In this document: positions 25,604 through 39,912 of the stretch, one piece after another
Numbering within the stretch: position 1 is the stretch's first letter
Layout of the letters: every line of letters starts with the position of its first letter
Origin: Octopus sinensis
Taxonomy: Eukaryota
Direction: 5' to 3'
Assembly (NCBI RefSeq): GCF_006345805.1
Contig: NC_043013.1
Span: forward strand, 44,640,001-44,704,000
DNA: 64,000 nucleotides
Notes under the pieces: generated by a model
What the model saw: the letters and a program-made list of their open reading frames with translations, nothing else
What the model was told of the DNA's origin: nothing
Database searches by the model: none
Program-made: the position numbers and the translations under genes

Positions 25604-26141
25604 GACATTTTACGAGACTATGAGTGTGTATTGCGAAATTAAGTGTTCCACATATAAAAAGCATAAGGTGATCGTCCCTGTAAAGCATAATTTCGATCAG
25701 GGTTGATATGTGGTAAATGAACATCGACATGAACAGCATTGTAGTAAACCATTTAGATTGTCCTTCTCAAAGTCATTAAAGCTATGACCATTCCGTTTAC
25801 GTAGAGATATGTAAATTACCTGACGTGACTTCCTGCTTCTAATATGGTGTGGTGCGGCTGGAGGAAAAGCTGACAGTTACTTGAAACTCATGGAACGACT
25901 TCTTACATGCTTCCTCGTTATTTAAAATATCAATTCAATGATTGCGACCTTTCGACACTTTTACATTACATTATCAAAGACCGATAATGCAAACAGGTAG
26001 ATTCAATTACAAATGTGTGACTGTAAATTTCGAGTAATTCAGTTAAATATGTCCGCCTCCCCATACATATGTGCGATAATGCAATGGGGGTTTATTCTAT
26101 CCACTATGTTCATTCGCCCTACAAAATCGTGTTAATGCCGT

Positions 26142-26177
<36 letters not shown>

Positions 26178-26262
26178 ACACACACACCACACACACACAC
26201 ACACACCACAACACACACACACACACACACATATAATAAGCAACAAGGATATCCAGAGCTAA

Positions 26263-26348
26263 TGCAGTACGATCGTTTCGCGCAACTCCATTTAATTGAA
26301 CAATGCAATCATTACATCAATTTACATGCAGAGGAATCCTCAGCTGCA
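26263..26348 (-). ncRNA. Type I hammerhead candidate E
   Basis: Minus strand TGCAG-CTGAGGA-(57 nt)-GAAA-CGATCG-TA-CTGCA. Core, stem I and stem III are intact; the base of stem II is unpaired. Confidence 0.6.
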
Positions 26349-27459
26349 CAAAAACATACAATTTAATTAAATTAAAATAGATGGACTCATTAGTATAATT
26401 TTACTTAAAATCTCCAAGAAGTTAAGGAGATAGACAAACAACATGCTGCCTTCACTTCAGCTTAGAAGCTACTAAGGTATCAGGAAGAAAGACTTGTTAC
26501 AGATTTTGCTTTGTTACTGTTTTATGGGGTCAGTTTTAATTTATAGACTAGTTTTATCAAATCCTTGTATATCTAAGGCCGAAAGAACTAGGGGCAGTGT
26601 CTGTTAGGAGTAGGGCTGAGGGAGTCGACAGAAATCATAGTGGGTATAGTCATAAAAAAACAAGATTTATTAGAAGCAATATCATGAGGTTTGGTAAAGG
26701 AAAAACTTAAATCAAGATGTTAGCTGACAATTAAGAGGTCCGGCCACTAGCAGACTATTGATAATGAAACAGGGGAAATCTTATCATGTAGTACTATAGT
26801 TAAGTATTTTAAACAATTTTGCTATATTGTATAAAGTTAAAGTTTAGGGTTATTCAGAGAATTATTAAGAAGAATATTATAATAAAGGGGAAAAAAAGGA
26901 TAAAAAGTTTTTTGAATACTTTTGAGTTTATACCAAACTTTACCACAATAGAGGGAGCAAAAGAAATTATCAAGAAATAGTTTAATATTTATACATATTA
27001 TATACTTAAATACCAACTTATCAGATAGCATCTGTGAATATTGATCAATTGGTATGTACTGGTATTTGATAAAGGACTACTGAGGTAAAAGAATATGCTA
27101 ACTATATATGAATTAAATTATAATCTAAGCAGTTTATTATAAGTAGTGAATATACTAGTATTGTTTTATATAAGATAAGTATGAATTTATAGAGGTACAA
27201 AAATTAGATTTATTTTATAAATAAATAAAGGCTATTATAAAATAATAAAGAAAGGAAAATAATCAGGTAAGGCAGAACACCATAGAAAAGGAATAAAATA
27301 GCTTAATCACTAAAACATGATAAAACATGAAGAGACCCAGAACGCGTCGAAACATGTGTTGTACCCAATAATATTTATTGCACATTCCATCTCCTATTTT
27401 ATTAATAGCTGTTCATCTCCAATTTGTTGTATATTAAATAATATATCTCCTTCTGTATA

Positions 27460-27640
27460 TATATATATACATATATACGACGGGCTTCTTTCAGTTTCCA
27501 TCTACCAAATCCACTCGCAAGGCTTTGGTCGGCCCGAGGCTATAGTAGAAGACACTTGCCCAAGGTGCCACGCAGTGGGACTGAACCCGGAACTTTGTGG
27601 TTGGTAAACAAGCTACTTACCACACAGCCACTCCTGCGCC
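27460..27640 (-). mobile_element. SINE family 1, 5' half
   Basis: Reverse complement of the head aggcgcaggagtggctgtgtgg. Confidence 0.8.
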
Positions 27641-27995
27641 TATATATATATATATATATATATATATACTACCACACAAACATGATTTTTATTGAACTCA
27701 AAATACTTATTGTATTCCCTTTCTTGAATACTTTCATGTAAGCTGTTTTTAACATTTTCTTATCATGATCAAAGACTGTATAACTGTATTTTAATACTTT
27801 TGTGCTAACCATTTTTTAACATAACAAAGCTTATACAAAGCTTTAAATTTAACTTTTGATAATATTTTTCTAAAAACGTGAAATCGGTCAAGTCAATAAA
27901 CATCTCCAAAAGACCTTTGCATTTTCAAACCTTCTTTCAAAAATTCTTACACTCGTGCGATTCCTTACAGCTTTACTTTGTTATATAATATACAT

Positions 27996-28073
<78 letters not shown>

Positions 28074-28787
28074 GTGTATATGTGTGTACATATATATGTA
28101 TGTACATACACATACACTGAAAGAGAAAGAGAGAGAGAGGGAAGGTTGTCTCAAGCCTACAGGCGAGATAGAAACTTAGTTCAAAATCTTCATGCAAACT
28201 GTCATAATACAACATAATGCAATCGGGCGATTCTGCCAACTATACACTTTCCCTCGATAAAAGGCGATACCGCATTGGGGGGTTATTCCATTAACTATTT
28301 TCCACGCCCATAAAAGTATGTAGGTTCGATTCAGTAAAACCTCCTACGCCTTAAGCAGATTTATGGCCTTGACCCAAAGTTAAAATTCATCATCGCCACA
28401 AGGTGGCAGATCTGCCGAGGAAAAGCAGAGTCGATTGAGTAATTATTATCGATTTCACCCACCTCTGCTTTCCAGATGACTTCAATGATGCGATTGATTT
28501 TTATATAGTGTTTTGTAAATAATCAATGCCCTCGTGGGGAGAGCAACATCGTATACTGAAAACAAGCACTCAAAAAATTGAGGGCAACTTCTTGTACTTC
28601 TGAAAATCTTGGTGCACCATTAAAAAAATCTGTTCACCAAACGGAAAATATATCGCTCTCCTTCTTTCCTTCTGTCTCTGTCTCTGGCCCTATCTTTGTC
28701 TGTCGCTCCTTCTTCCTCGCTTTCTACACACACACACATAAATACACGTATATTTATACATGCATGTATATACACATACACATACAT

Positions 28788-28869
<82 letters not shown>

Positions 28870-29172
28870 TTATATAAATTATATAACGAATTATAATATG
28901 TACGGCGCTCGTATATGTAAGTATATCGTTTGCTGTGCATATATATATCTGTATTTATGTACCCTTGATATATTCAATTGATGACGGTAAAGCTTATCTA
29001 AAGCAGAACCAGAATCCTTGGATCTTGAATTATTCAATAATTTTTGCTTGTATGTTTTGCCCCTCCGCTTTACCTCATGTTGCGATGTGAACATTTAACG
29101 TGGTTTTATAGTCAGAGTTTCGACTGCTATTTCGGCATGTTGGTGTCTTTTAGACACCCTAATTTTTAATTG

Positions 29173-29207
<35 letters not shown>

Positions 29208-29272
29208 GCGTGTGTACCGTTGGCGATTTTTTTCCCTCCGTCTTCCCTTCTCTGGATCTTTCCTTCTCCTAT

Positions 29273-29307
29273 GTTTCCGACGAAGAGCTCCGCTCGAAAC
29301 GTTAAAC
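29273..29307 (+). ncRNA. Minimal type I hammerhead-like motif F (U4 to C)
   Basis: GTTT-CCGACGA-A-GAGC-TCC-GCTC-GAAA-CG-TT-AAAC. Confidence 0.55.
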
Positions 29308-29660
29308 CTTCCTTCTTTCCTTCTTTTTTGAGCGTCAATAATACTATATTTGTTCCACGTCCTCGCGTTGTTGTGTTTTTTTTAGCTTTCTTGTTTGGAT
29401 TAACTTCATATATATAAATTATATATATTATATATATATATAATATATTATATATATATTATATATAAAAAACAAGTCAGGATAGAAATGCTAAAATATT
29501 TTATAAAGAACATTTCAGTACCGGTTTCAGTAATGAGACCTTTTCAACTGAAACAATTAAATATTAATTTAGTTTTTTTAAAAGAATATTGTATAGTGTT
29601 CAAATATATAGTGGCATTTTCCTTGTTTCTGCCATTCTCTGTCTCTCTTGTTTACTCTTG

Positions 29661-29734
<74 letters not shown>

Positions 29735-29837
29735 TATGTATAAACACAGATCAGTATACGCCCGTATATGCACACACGCATTTGTATTAATTCAATATTT
29801 ATATCAATAAATATAAATACATATATACATATATATG

Positions 29838-29882
<45 letters not shown>

Positions 29883-30054
29883 GGCTCAGTCTGTGTATAC
29901 AGACACACACACATACACACACACGCACTTATATATATATATAGTAGGGAAAGAAGAGAGAAACAAGGAGAGGACTAAGTAGCACTGTTTATTCTTTACC
30001 TTTACACTCCTGTCTGTATGCATGTCCACATATGCATATATATATATATATATA

Positions 30055-30909
30055 TATAAGATGAATGTTTTTATATATAATGAACGTGAAATACAGAAGG
30101 GACGAACACGGAACACAGACAAATCATTCGAAGCCTTCAATCTTCAGTCAGACACCGAATCATCATAGCAAATTCGGCTGTTCAATTCTGATTTTGTTCA
30201 ACTACTCGGCAGCCCCAAGAAAAAAAAAAACTAAGCTGTAAGCATTAGATTTCTTGGTAGAAGACAGAATATGAACGCACAAGACGGATGTGAATACAAG
30301 AGACAAAACGAAATTGAAAACAGTAATAATAAACAAAATATATATAACGGTGGTTGTCATACGACTTAGACCAAATGAGACAAAACAACAACATAGCAGC
30401 TGGCGTAGAAATAATTACCGTTTCGGTAGCGGGACACATGTTGGTCGAGATACGAAGGCCAACAGAATGGTTGAAGAAGCAGCAGGTCGCAGGAAGAGAG
30501 AAGAGAGACAGAGAGAGGGAATCAAAGAGGGTGGAAGGCAGGGGACATAATCAGACCAAGAGAAAAGGAGAAAGAAGGGATTAAGAGGATGGGAGGAAGA
30601 GGGGAGGAGGATGGGAGGAAGAGAGGGGAAGAATCGGAGGGCGCCAAAAGTTTGGTGAAGAAGCCATGGCGGTAGTAAAAGACAGTGTGTATAGAAGTCG
30701 TGCAGGGTTTAAAATTGGACAAACAAACGGGGGGGGGGTGTGCACGTAACGCCGCAATAATATAAGAATGATGTTTTTATATATAATGAACGTGAAATAC
30801 AGGAAGGGACGAACACGGAACACAGACAAATCATTCGAAGCCTTCAATCTTCAGTCAGACACCGAATCATCATAGCAAATTTCGGCTGTTCAATTCTGAT
30901 ATTTGCTCA
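30055..30909. repeat. ~147-bp direct repeats flanking ~560 bp
   Basis: 30055-30200 is near-identical to 30761-30909. Confidence 0.85.
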
Positions 30910-31544
30910 TGCATGTATATAAAGAGAGAGATCAATATACACAAATGGATATGCGTACATTGATACATAAACGCACACATAAACATACTCACGTGTAAAC
31001 AAATATATGCATATGATGTGCAGAGATACATACGTCATACATGTCAAGAGAGTTATGGTGCGGAATAAACAGTGTTATCTTGTTCTCTTCTCGTACCTCT
31101 CTTTTTTTCTTATTCCGATTATCTTTGCGAACCCCCTTTGCTGTCTCTTTTTCTTGATTCTTCTGTTACTCTTTCCTTCCCTCCTTTTCTACAATGCCCC
31201 ACAGAACCTTTCCGTTGCTGCTTCTTTCGCTACACATTCGTTTTTTAAACTGGTCAGTTGATAAAATTATGGTCAATCGGGAACGTCAAATGGCACGACT
31301 CTAGGGACAAGAACAAAATCCATAAAAATACAAACCATCGTTAAAAACATTTACACTGTTGGATTTTCCTTGGAAAATCCCCAATGTCTCAAAGGAGTGA
31401 GTGTCTTGGAGTTTAGTTACATCCAACAAATACTGAAGTTTTCCCCAAAATCCAGGGTTTTTATAACTGCTCAACTTGAATTTAAAGAATCGAAATTACA
31501 TACAAGTATTCTTTAAGTAACTCTTAGAATTCCTATATGAACAT

Positions 31545-31795
<251 letters not shown>

Positions 31796-31814
31796 CTATC
31801 TATCTCTCTATCTC

Positions 31815-31986
<172 letters not shown>

Positions 31987-32469
31987 GTATATATGCACAG
32001 CACGCGAGCGCGTTTACACAAACACAAAGTATAAGCAAAAACAAACTCTTGAACCCCTCGACACTATCCCTAATCGCTATACATTATCTCCATATTCTTA
32101 ATGCTTCAGCAGATTAATGCTGCATAGAAGCGAAAATAAAAAAAAAAACATGGAATTCTTTTTGCGTCAAATAAGTGAAATATTCTTTTCTTACACAGGC
32201 GCAAAGCCTCGATAAATCTAGAGCTGAGGTGAATAACACGGTGTCATTTTCGTGTCTTTCCATTCATTCCTTATCTCCGAATGTAACAGCTTTGACCTGC
32301 GAGAAATAGGAGATGTCTTTTTTAAATCACACACAAGTGTATTGGAAAAAGATCGACATATTGGAAAATATCATCCAAGATACACTATACATACATACAT
32401 ACACACGCACACACGCATGCATATACACATACATACATACATACAAACATACATGCATATTTAAAATGA

Positions 32470-32935
32470 AATAATAAAGGTAGAAATTGATATTAATAAA
32501 TTAAAAATTCCGAAGATTAAATATTGTGTTACATACAAAATTAAGAGGAATGACCACTACAGTGGACACCCTATATGCTAAACATAGACGTCAAATCGTC
32601 ATTACCACGAAGAATGTGTTCTCAAGAAAAATCTCAGCAAAACGCCAAAATGTAAAAATAAGCAGGACAAATGAAAATATACGAAATAAAAAAACGGTTA
32701 CCTACGTACCAAGGTTTCACTTGTTAATATCTACGTATATAAACACGCAGATATCTGCAGGATCGTCAGCATAGTCTGTCGCTTACAAAACACAATTTCC
32801 AGAACTAGATACAGAACGCTCAACCGAAATCGAGTATTATAAAGTTTTTAATCTTCGGATTTTTTAAATATGCTAAGCCACTGGTTTAATTGATTAATAT
32901 CAATTTCTACCCTTATTACTTAATTTTAAATAAAA
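32470..32935 (-). mobile_element. Small fold-back HHR element, family G/H/I
   Basis: Terminal segments ~32470-32522 and ~32845-32915 are inverted copies (one ~20-bp indel), with an HHR between them. Confidence 0.75.
32702..32774 (-). ncRNA. Type I hammerhead G
   Basis: Minus strand CTATG-CTGACGA-...ATATCTGCGT/ACGTAGATAT...-GAAA-CCTTGG-TA-CGTAG. The basal stem II is imperfect. Confidence 0.72.
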
Positions 32936-32999
32936 TAAAAAGTTCCCTAACCGGTAAATTGGCTGTTGTAATTTATTAACTGCAGAGTAATTTCCGGCC

Positions 33000-33130
33000 T
33001 CAGCGCGCCAAAGTGAAGACATTTGAAAAATACACAGACCTCGGTGGAAATTGAACTCAGAATGTAGCAGCAAACAAAATACCGTTAAGCATTTCGCCCG
33101 GCGTGCTAACGATTCTGCCAGCACGCCGCC
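33000..33130 (-). mobile_element. SINE family 2 (Nin/Deu-domain-like), 5' part
   Basis: Reverse complement of ggcggcgtgctggcagaatcgttagcacgccgggcgaaatgct...gagttcaatttccaccgagg. Confidence 0.75.
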
Positions 33131-33133
33131 GTA

Positions 33134-33196
<63 letters not shown>

Positions 33197-33197
<1 letters not shown>

Positions 33198-36100
33198 TTC
33201 CCTTTTTTCTTTTTTTTTTCTTTTCCTTCTCCGTATTTTATTCTCATTATTTCGAACTAATATAGGCAGAGTGAGCCTTGAAGAAAGGAAGAGGGAAAAA
33301 AATGTTCGGAGATAAAACTATCAACAAAAAAAATACAGACGAATATAGATCTGCTAGTCTTAAGAAGCTGCGCTATGAGCAATGCTTACATGTAGAGAAC
33401 CCTAAACTGACAGATCCATCTCCTAATATAAGAATGGAAGCTCGTCATGCTTCAAGGTCAACAAATCAAACAATAAACCGCATTGGTCGTTGCGCGGATT
33501 ACAAAAGACCACGTACCCGAAAATTGAACCAAATTCTGATTGAAAAATCAGCTACTGGATCAAATCTTCCCAACACACAGGAGCTGGACGTACCCCACAA
33601 CCGGAATATTCCAACGGATGGTCATCCATGCTCACAACCAAATAATCAAAAGAAAAAGAAGGAAAAATGGTCTAGGGAAGATAATAAAGAAGTTCTTGAG
33701 GCCTTCTACCATGCCATATATTTCCCCACAGATAAATCTAACACTGTACAAGCATACTTAAACTGGAGACAGAAACACCCTGAAGTAAGACCCTACATAG
33801 ACAGTAACAAACTTGCCAACGCCAGAAGAAACATTATAAAAAAAAAATTACTGACTGAAGTAGAGATTGATCAAGTTAGACAAGCAATATCGGATAAAAT
33901 GAACGAAGCTGCAGCTAGAGAAGATAATACAGAGGAAATAATTATAGACCAGCCCAGGGCTGATAAAAACGAAGTGAGGATTGAAAGAGTTAGTATAAGT
34001 GATAGGCAAAGTGAAATACTCCCTGAACCAATCATAAACACTAAGACAGATGAGCATCAAGTAGATAAAGAAAGTCACACAAATATTGACCCAACAGAAC
34101 TACATGAGCTAAAAAATCAAATCATGATTGAATGGCTGAAAATTAAAGAAACCAGCATGGATGAACGTGATACACTTCCTAAAATCCGCAACTCCAACCA
34201 AAACATGAAAATAATTGGTAAAATCCGGCTTGCACTTAAGGATATAATTTCAGCTAATGATGTTGATATCACAAACCTCAACCACCTATACTATGCATCC
34301 GCGAAAATCTCAACGATCCTATGTGGTGTAAAGATTAGAAAACGGCAACATTCCCACAAAAAGCCTTCTTGGCAAGAGCGTCTGCAACAACAAATTAAAA
34401 TATTTAGATCTGACATTGAATATTTGAAAAACCTTAAGGCTCACAAGACTACCAAACCTACAAAAACCCCCAAATTACTGAAAAAATACAATATGAAAAC
34501 TATACTTGATATTGATACCACCATAGAAACCATCAAACAAAAGGTATCTGCCAAAGCTGCCCGCATAGCGAGGTATGAAAAGCGTGTTAGATTTTTCAAG
34601 GACAACAACATGTTCAAAAATAACACGAAGAATTTTTACAGGAAGATAGGAAAAACAGCGTTTACTGCAAGGTCTGTACCATCAAAAGAAGAAGTGCAGG
34701 GATTTTGGAATAAAATCTGGGCAGAAGAAAAAACACACAACGAAAAGGCCCCCTGGATTGACAGAATATCTACAGAACTGGACCCCTTAGAAGAGCAAAA
34801 GTGGGAGGGTGTCAAGGTAGAAGATATAAGATCTGCTCTCAGGAGGTCAAGCAAATGGAAGTCTCCAGGAAAGGATAAAATTCCTAACTTCTGGCTGAAT
34901 GCTTTCCCAGAGAGCCATGAACTGCTAACAGAACTGTACAATGATGTTTTGCAACACCCTAGTAGGATGCCTCCTTGGCTAGTTAATGGGTTAACATTCC
35001 TGCTTCCAAAAAGTGAAGAAACAAATGAACCAAAAAACTATAGACCCATTACCTGCTTAACAACTATGTACAAAACGCTAACATCTGTCCTGACGGAATA
35101 TACCTATAGTTTTTTTAACAGACAGCAGCATATTCCCTAATGAACAGAAAGGATGTAAACGTGGATCCTACGGCTGTAAAGACCAACTACTCATCAATAA
35201 GATGATCTTAGAAGATTGTCACAAACGACACAAAAACTTATCAATAGCCTGGATAGACTATAAAAAGGCTTTTGATAGCCTACCACATAGCTGGATTAGG
35301 AAATGCCTGGAAATGTATAAGATAGCACCTACTCTGCGAAACTTCTTAACTGTAAGTATGAGATCATGGAGAACAACACTAACTCTGAACAGTGACAATG
35401 AATCCCTAAATGCTGGTGATGTAAAAATTTCGTGTGGCATTTTCCAGGGTGACTCACTGTCACCACTCCTCTTTTGTTTATCCTTAATACCTCTCTCAAA
35501 GCTGCTCAATGACGTGCAGTACGAGTATAAAATGTTTGATAAAAATATAAATCATCTCATTTACATGGATGATTTAAAGCTTTTTGCAAAAAATGACCAA
35601 CAACTCAAGGGCTTACTAGCGATAGTCAAACAATTCAGTGACGACATCAGAATGCAATTCGGCCTCGATAAATGTGCAAAAGCTACCTTTATCAAAGGAA
35701 AAATGACAGAAACATCTAACGTTAACCTTGACCAGCAGAATGTCATAAAAGAACTAGACCCAGCGGAGAGCTACAAGTACCTAGGGGTAATTGAAGGGAA
35801 CGGAATAAGGCATTCAGAGATGAAGGAAAGGATCAGGAGAGAATGCTATCGAAGAGTGAGAGCAATACTCAAGACAGAGCTGAATGCAAGAAACAGGATC
35901 GAAGCGATCAATGCTTTAGCCATACCAGTCGTGATTTACAGTTTCAATATTGTTAACTGGTCAATTACTGAAATATGTCAGCTCGACAGAAAAATAAGGA
36001 AACTGTTGACAATGCATAGAATGCACCACCCTAAGGCAGATACAGAACGACTCTATCTGCCAAGAAAAGAGGGAGGCCGTGGTCTTTTGCAACTGGCAAT

Positions 36101-37402
36101 AACAATGAAGATTGCTACAATTGGCCTAGACACCTACCTGAAAAACTCTGAGGACTGGATGTTAAAACTTGTCTCAAAACATGAAAACAAGAAAGCATCA
36201 TACTCAGTCACAAAACAGGCAAAGGAATATCTAAGTGAATTCCGAATACAACCAATTTCGGAATTAGATATAGACATACAAGAAACAAGCACAGAAAAAG
36301 CTTGGCGCATGAAAACCCGTGCCAAAACTGCGGCCTTAGATATTCTGAATAATAAATGGCAAGAAAAACCTCTCTATGGCAAATACCCAAAGAGAGCGAA
36401 TAATGCAGATATCGACAAAGCCCTGACCCATCAATGGCTAATGGCCTCTGGCTTAAAATCTGAAACAGAGGGGTTTATCATAGCAGCTCAAGATCAATGC
36501 CTACCAACAAGAAACTACCAGGCCAACATATTAAAGAACGGCAGTAGCCCAACATGTCGTGTATGCCGACAACAAAATGAAACCATTGATCATGTTGTCT
36601 CCAAATACAGTCTTCTAACGCCTACAGAGTACCTCAATAGGCATGATAGAGCTGCACAATATATTCACTGGGCAATTTGCAAAAACCTGGATTTGCCCCA
36701 TGAAAAAAACTGGTAGGAACACAATCCACCTCCAGTGCTTGAAAATGACCACATCTCACTCCTCTGGAACTTCACCATTCAAACTGACAGGAAGATAGAT
36801 GCAAATAGGCCAGACATCATATTGAAAGACTTCAGACAAAGAACATGCCTCCTCATTGATATGACTGTCCCAATCGATATAAACGTATCTGTCAAGACCT
36901 ACCAAAAACTGAGCAAATATAAAGATCTTGAAATAGAAATCAGCAAAATGTGGAAGCTGAAGACTAAAACAATACCTGTTGTCATAGGTGCCCTGGGAAT
37001 GATAGCGAAAGGGACTGATTGCTACCTAACTCAGATACCAGGAAACCCCAAAATGGCAGAAATTCAAAAGATAGTGCTCATGGGAACTGCTCATATCCTA
37101 CGCAAAATACTCTCTATGTAATCCCAAGGTTTAAAACAAACTTTTTATTTATTTATTTATTTATTAAAAAAAAATTATTTTTTTAAAAATATTTTAAAAA
37201 ATATTTTAAATTTTATTTTTTATTTATTTATTTATTTATTTTTTAAATTTTATTTTTATGTATTAGACATTCACTAGTACAACACAAAAAAAAACACCCC
37301 CCCCCAAATATATGGCACAGAACTTCCAACCTGTTGTCTCTTGAGGTCTCTGGGTGAGACTTGGAGCCAACTTGTACAGACATAAAGCAAAAGTCAAACA
37401 TA
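33197..37402 (+). mobile_element. Near-complete R4/Dong-like non-LTR retrotransposon in (TAA)n
   Basis: Single long RT-CCHC-RLE frame, with (TAA)n tracts at 33134-33196 and 37403-37442 on either side. Confidence 0.85.
33278..37121 (+). pseudogene. RT plus zinc finger plus restriction-like endonuclease ORF (two disruptions)
   Basis: KSPGKD, YRPITCL, DYKKAFDS, GIFQGDSLSPLLF, YMDDLKL, CRVC...DHVV, RHD and RPDI...IDMTVP...K..KY. Frameshift in a T-run near 35110; TAG stop at 36714-36716. Confidence 0.93.
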
Positions 37403-37445
<43 letters not shown>

Positions 37446-38347
37446 ATGATGATGATGATAATAATAATAATAACAACAATAATGATAATAACAATAACAA
37501 CAACAACAACAATAAAAAGCACTCCGCTCCTTCCTCCAACGAAAAAAAGAGGCGCCTATGTAATGCGATTTGAAAATTTATAAATTGAAAATCTATTGAC
37601 TTAGATGCCTGTTGATTGCTTTTCTTCCTCTTCGTGTTAATTTTTTTGCCACCTTTGTGTTATATATATATATCTATTTTTATACTTATCTGACTTTTTG
37701 TTTTATTTTTGCGATTTATTAATTTTTTTTGTAGTTTTTATCCGTAATTCTTAGTTGTCAACAAAAACGCTGCTCACTAAAAGGAATTGGTAATAGACTC
37801 TAAACTTTTAATAATATCAAAATAAAATTTTAAAAAATAAATGATAAAAGTAATGACTTTATTTCTATTTACATTTTTTAAATTTTTAATTTAATTTTAT
37901 CTTTTACTTGTTATTTTTTTTATGAAAAAAAAAAAAAAACGATCGTTTTTCGGAATTGTATCGCGATCAGGTAATGCCACCAAAGTTTTTATTGTTTTAA
38001 TTAAAAACCGAAATATGTCATAGAATATCCATTCAGGTCTTATACACAGATAGAATTACAAAGTTCTTAGTTAGGAAACTCACAACTTTAATGAAGGGAA
38101 AACGAAAGAATAACACCAACAGTAAAAACAACAACAGCAACAAGCAATAGAAACAATCGCAACAACAACAGTGTAAACATGACAACGAGTGCGAAGATGA
38201 CAAAGCATACACCCCGCTCCATCACCAGCTCTAACGAAGACATTGCCACCACCAACAACAATAGCAACAACATCAACAATAACAATAGCAACAACATAAT
38301 CATTAACAACAATAACAATAGCAACGACATTAGCAGCAACAACAAGT

Positions 38348-38600
38348 GGAGGCGCAATGGCCCAGTGGTTAGGGCAGCGGACTCGCGGTCGGAGGATCGC
38401 GGTTTCGATTCCCAGACCGGGCGTTGTGTATGTTTATTGAGCGAAACACCTAAACAACACCAGCAGGGGGTGGTGGCGACCCCTGTTGTACTCCTTCACC
38501 CCAACTTTCACTCTTTCTTCCTGTTTCTTGTCCCTGCTCTCGGTGTCAGGGGTTGACCCGCTTTCTCTTCTGCGAGCAAAGGACCACGTTTCGGACTTCT
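38348..38600 (+). mobile_element. SINE family 3 (tRNA-Arg-like head)
   Basis: Head homologous to the copy at 17735. Confidence 0.7.
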
Positions 38601-39354
38601 CCCCTCTTGTGAGCTCTGTGCAACAGCAGCAACAACAATCATTTATTGGTACGTTATTTTATCGATCCCAGAAAGTCTAAAGGTCAAATTTCTTCTTGGT
38701 GAGATTCGAGATCAAAACATACAGAGACGTAACTAAATACCAGAAATCATTTTGTGAGATGCTCAACCGATTCTCCCAATCCATAGTCACCATTTTATCA
38801 GACACTCTACGCCTTCCATAATCCCCCCTTCACACTTTTATCAGCCATTCAACCGTTTTTACCATTCAACAACATAAATTGTTTTACGAAGCCTCACAAT
38901 ATCTTCTTTCCACTGCCGCAAGATATTGTTGAATATCTTTTAATTAGAATAGTGAGTTGGTAGAATCACTTGAGCGTCGGACTAAATGCCTTCTAGTACT
39001 TAGATACAGATCTTTATTATTTTAAGTCCATAGTGTTCAACTATGCCTGTCATCTTTCCGGGATCGTCACCAAATAAAGTACCAGTCGATTAGTGTGGAC
39101 GGTATAACCGACTAAACCTTTTCCCATAAATTTCCAGTGTTTTGCCTGTACCAGAAACCATTATTGTAACTGTTTTGTGAAGATTCTAAAGTATATTTCA
39201 CTAAAAAATTCGTTTAGAGTGAATCGATATATAAAAATATTCCAACCAGCTGCGTTCCTAACTATTTTCATATTTTCAATATTTTATAATTTTACATCAC
39301 GTAAAGTTTAATATTGTTAAACTATAAATTATTAGGAAACTATAAATTATTAGG

Positions 39355-39912
39355 CGGTGGCTGGCAGAAACGTTAGCGCACCGGCCGAAATGCCTAGCGG
39401 TATTTCGTTTGCCGTTACGTTCTGAGATCAAATTCTGCCGAGGTTGACTTTGCCTTTCATCCTTTCGGGGTCGATAAATAAGTACCAGTTACGCACTGGG
39501 GTCAATATAATCAACTTAATCCGTTTGTCTGTCTTTGTTTGTCCTCTCTGAGTTTAGCCCCTTGTGGGTAGTAAAGAAATAGGTATTTTATCTGCCGCTA
39601 CGTTCCGAGTTCAAATTCCGCCGAGGTCGACTTTGCCTTTCATCCTTTCGAGGTCGATTAAATAAGTACCAGTTATGCACTGGGGTCGATATAATCAGCT
39701 TAATCCGTTTGTCTGTCTTTGTTTGTCCTCTCTGAGTTTAGCCATTACGTTCTGAGATCAAATTCCGCCGAGGTCGACTTTGCCTTTCATCCTTTCGGGG
39801 TCGATAAATAAAGTACCAGTTATGCACTGGGGTCGATTTGATCGACTTAATCCGTTTGTCTGTCCTTGTTTGTCCCCTCTATGTTTAACCCCTTGTGGGC
39901 AATAAAGAAATG
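39355..39912 (+). mobile_element. Multimeric SINE family 2 (one head, three bodies) with a 14-bp TSD
   Basis: The body ttctgagttcaaattccgccgaggtcgactttgcctttcatcc occurs three times. TATAAATTATTAGG lies at 39341-39354 and 39913-39926. Confidence 0.82.

Noticed and set aside
27326-27366. CATGAAGA-GAC...GTC-GAAA-CA...TG-TA
   Set aside because: The core has an insertion and stem I does not pair.
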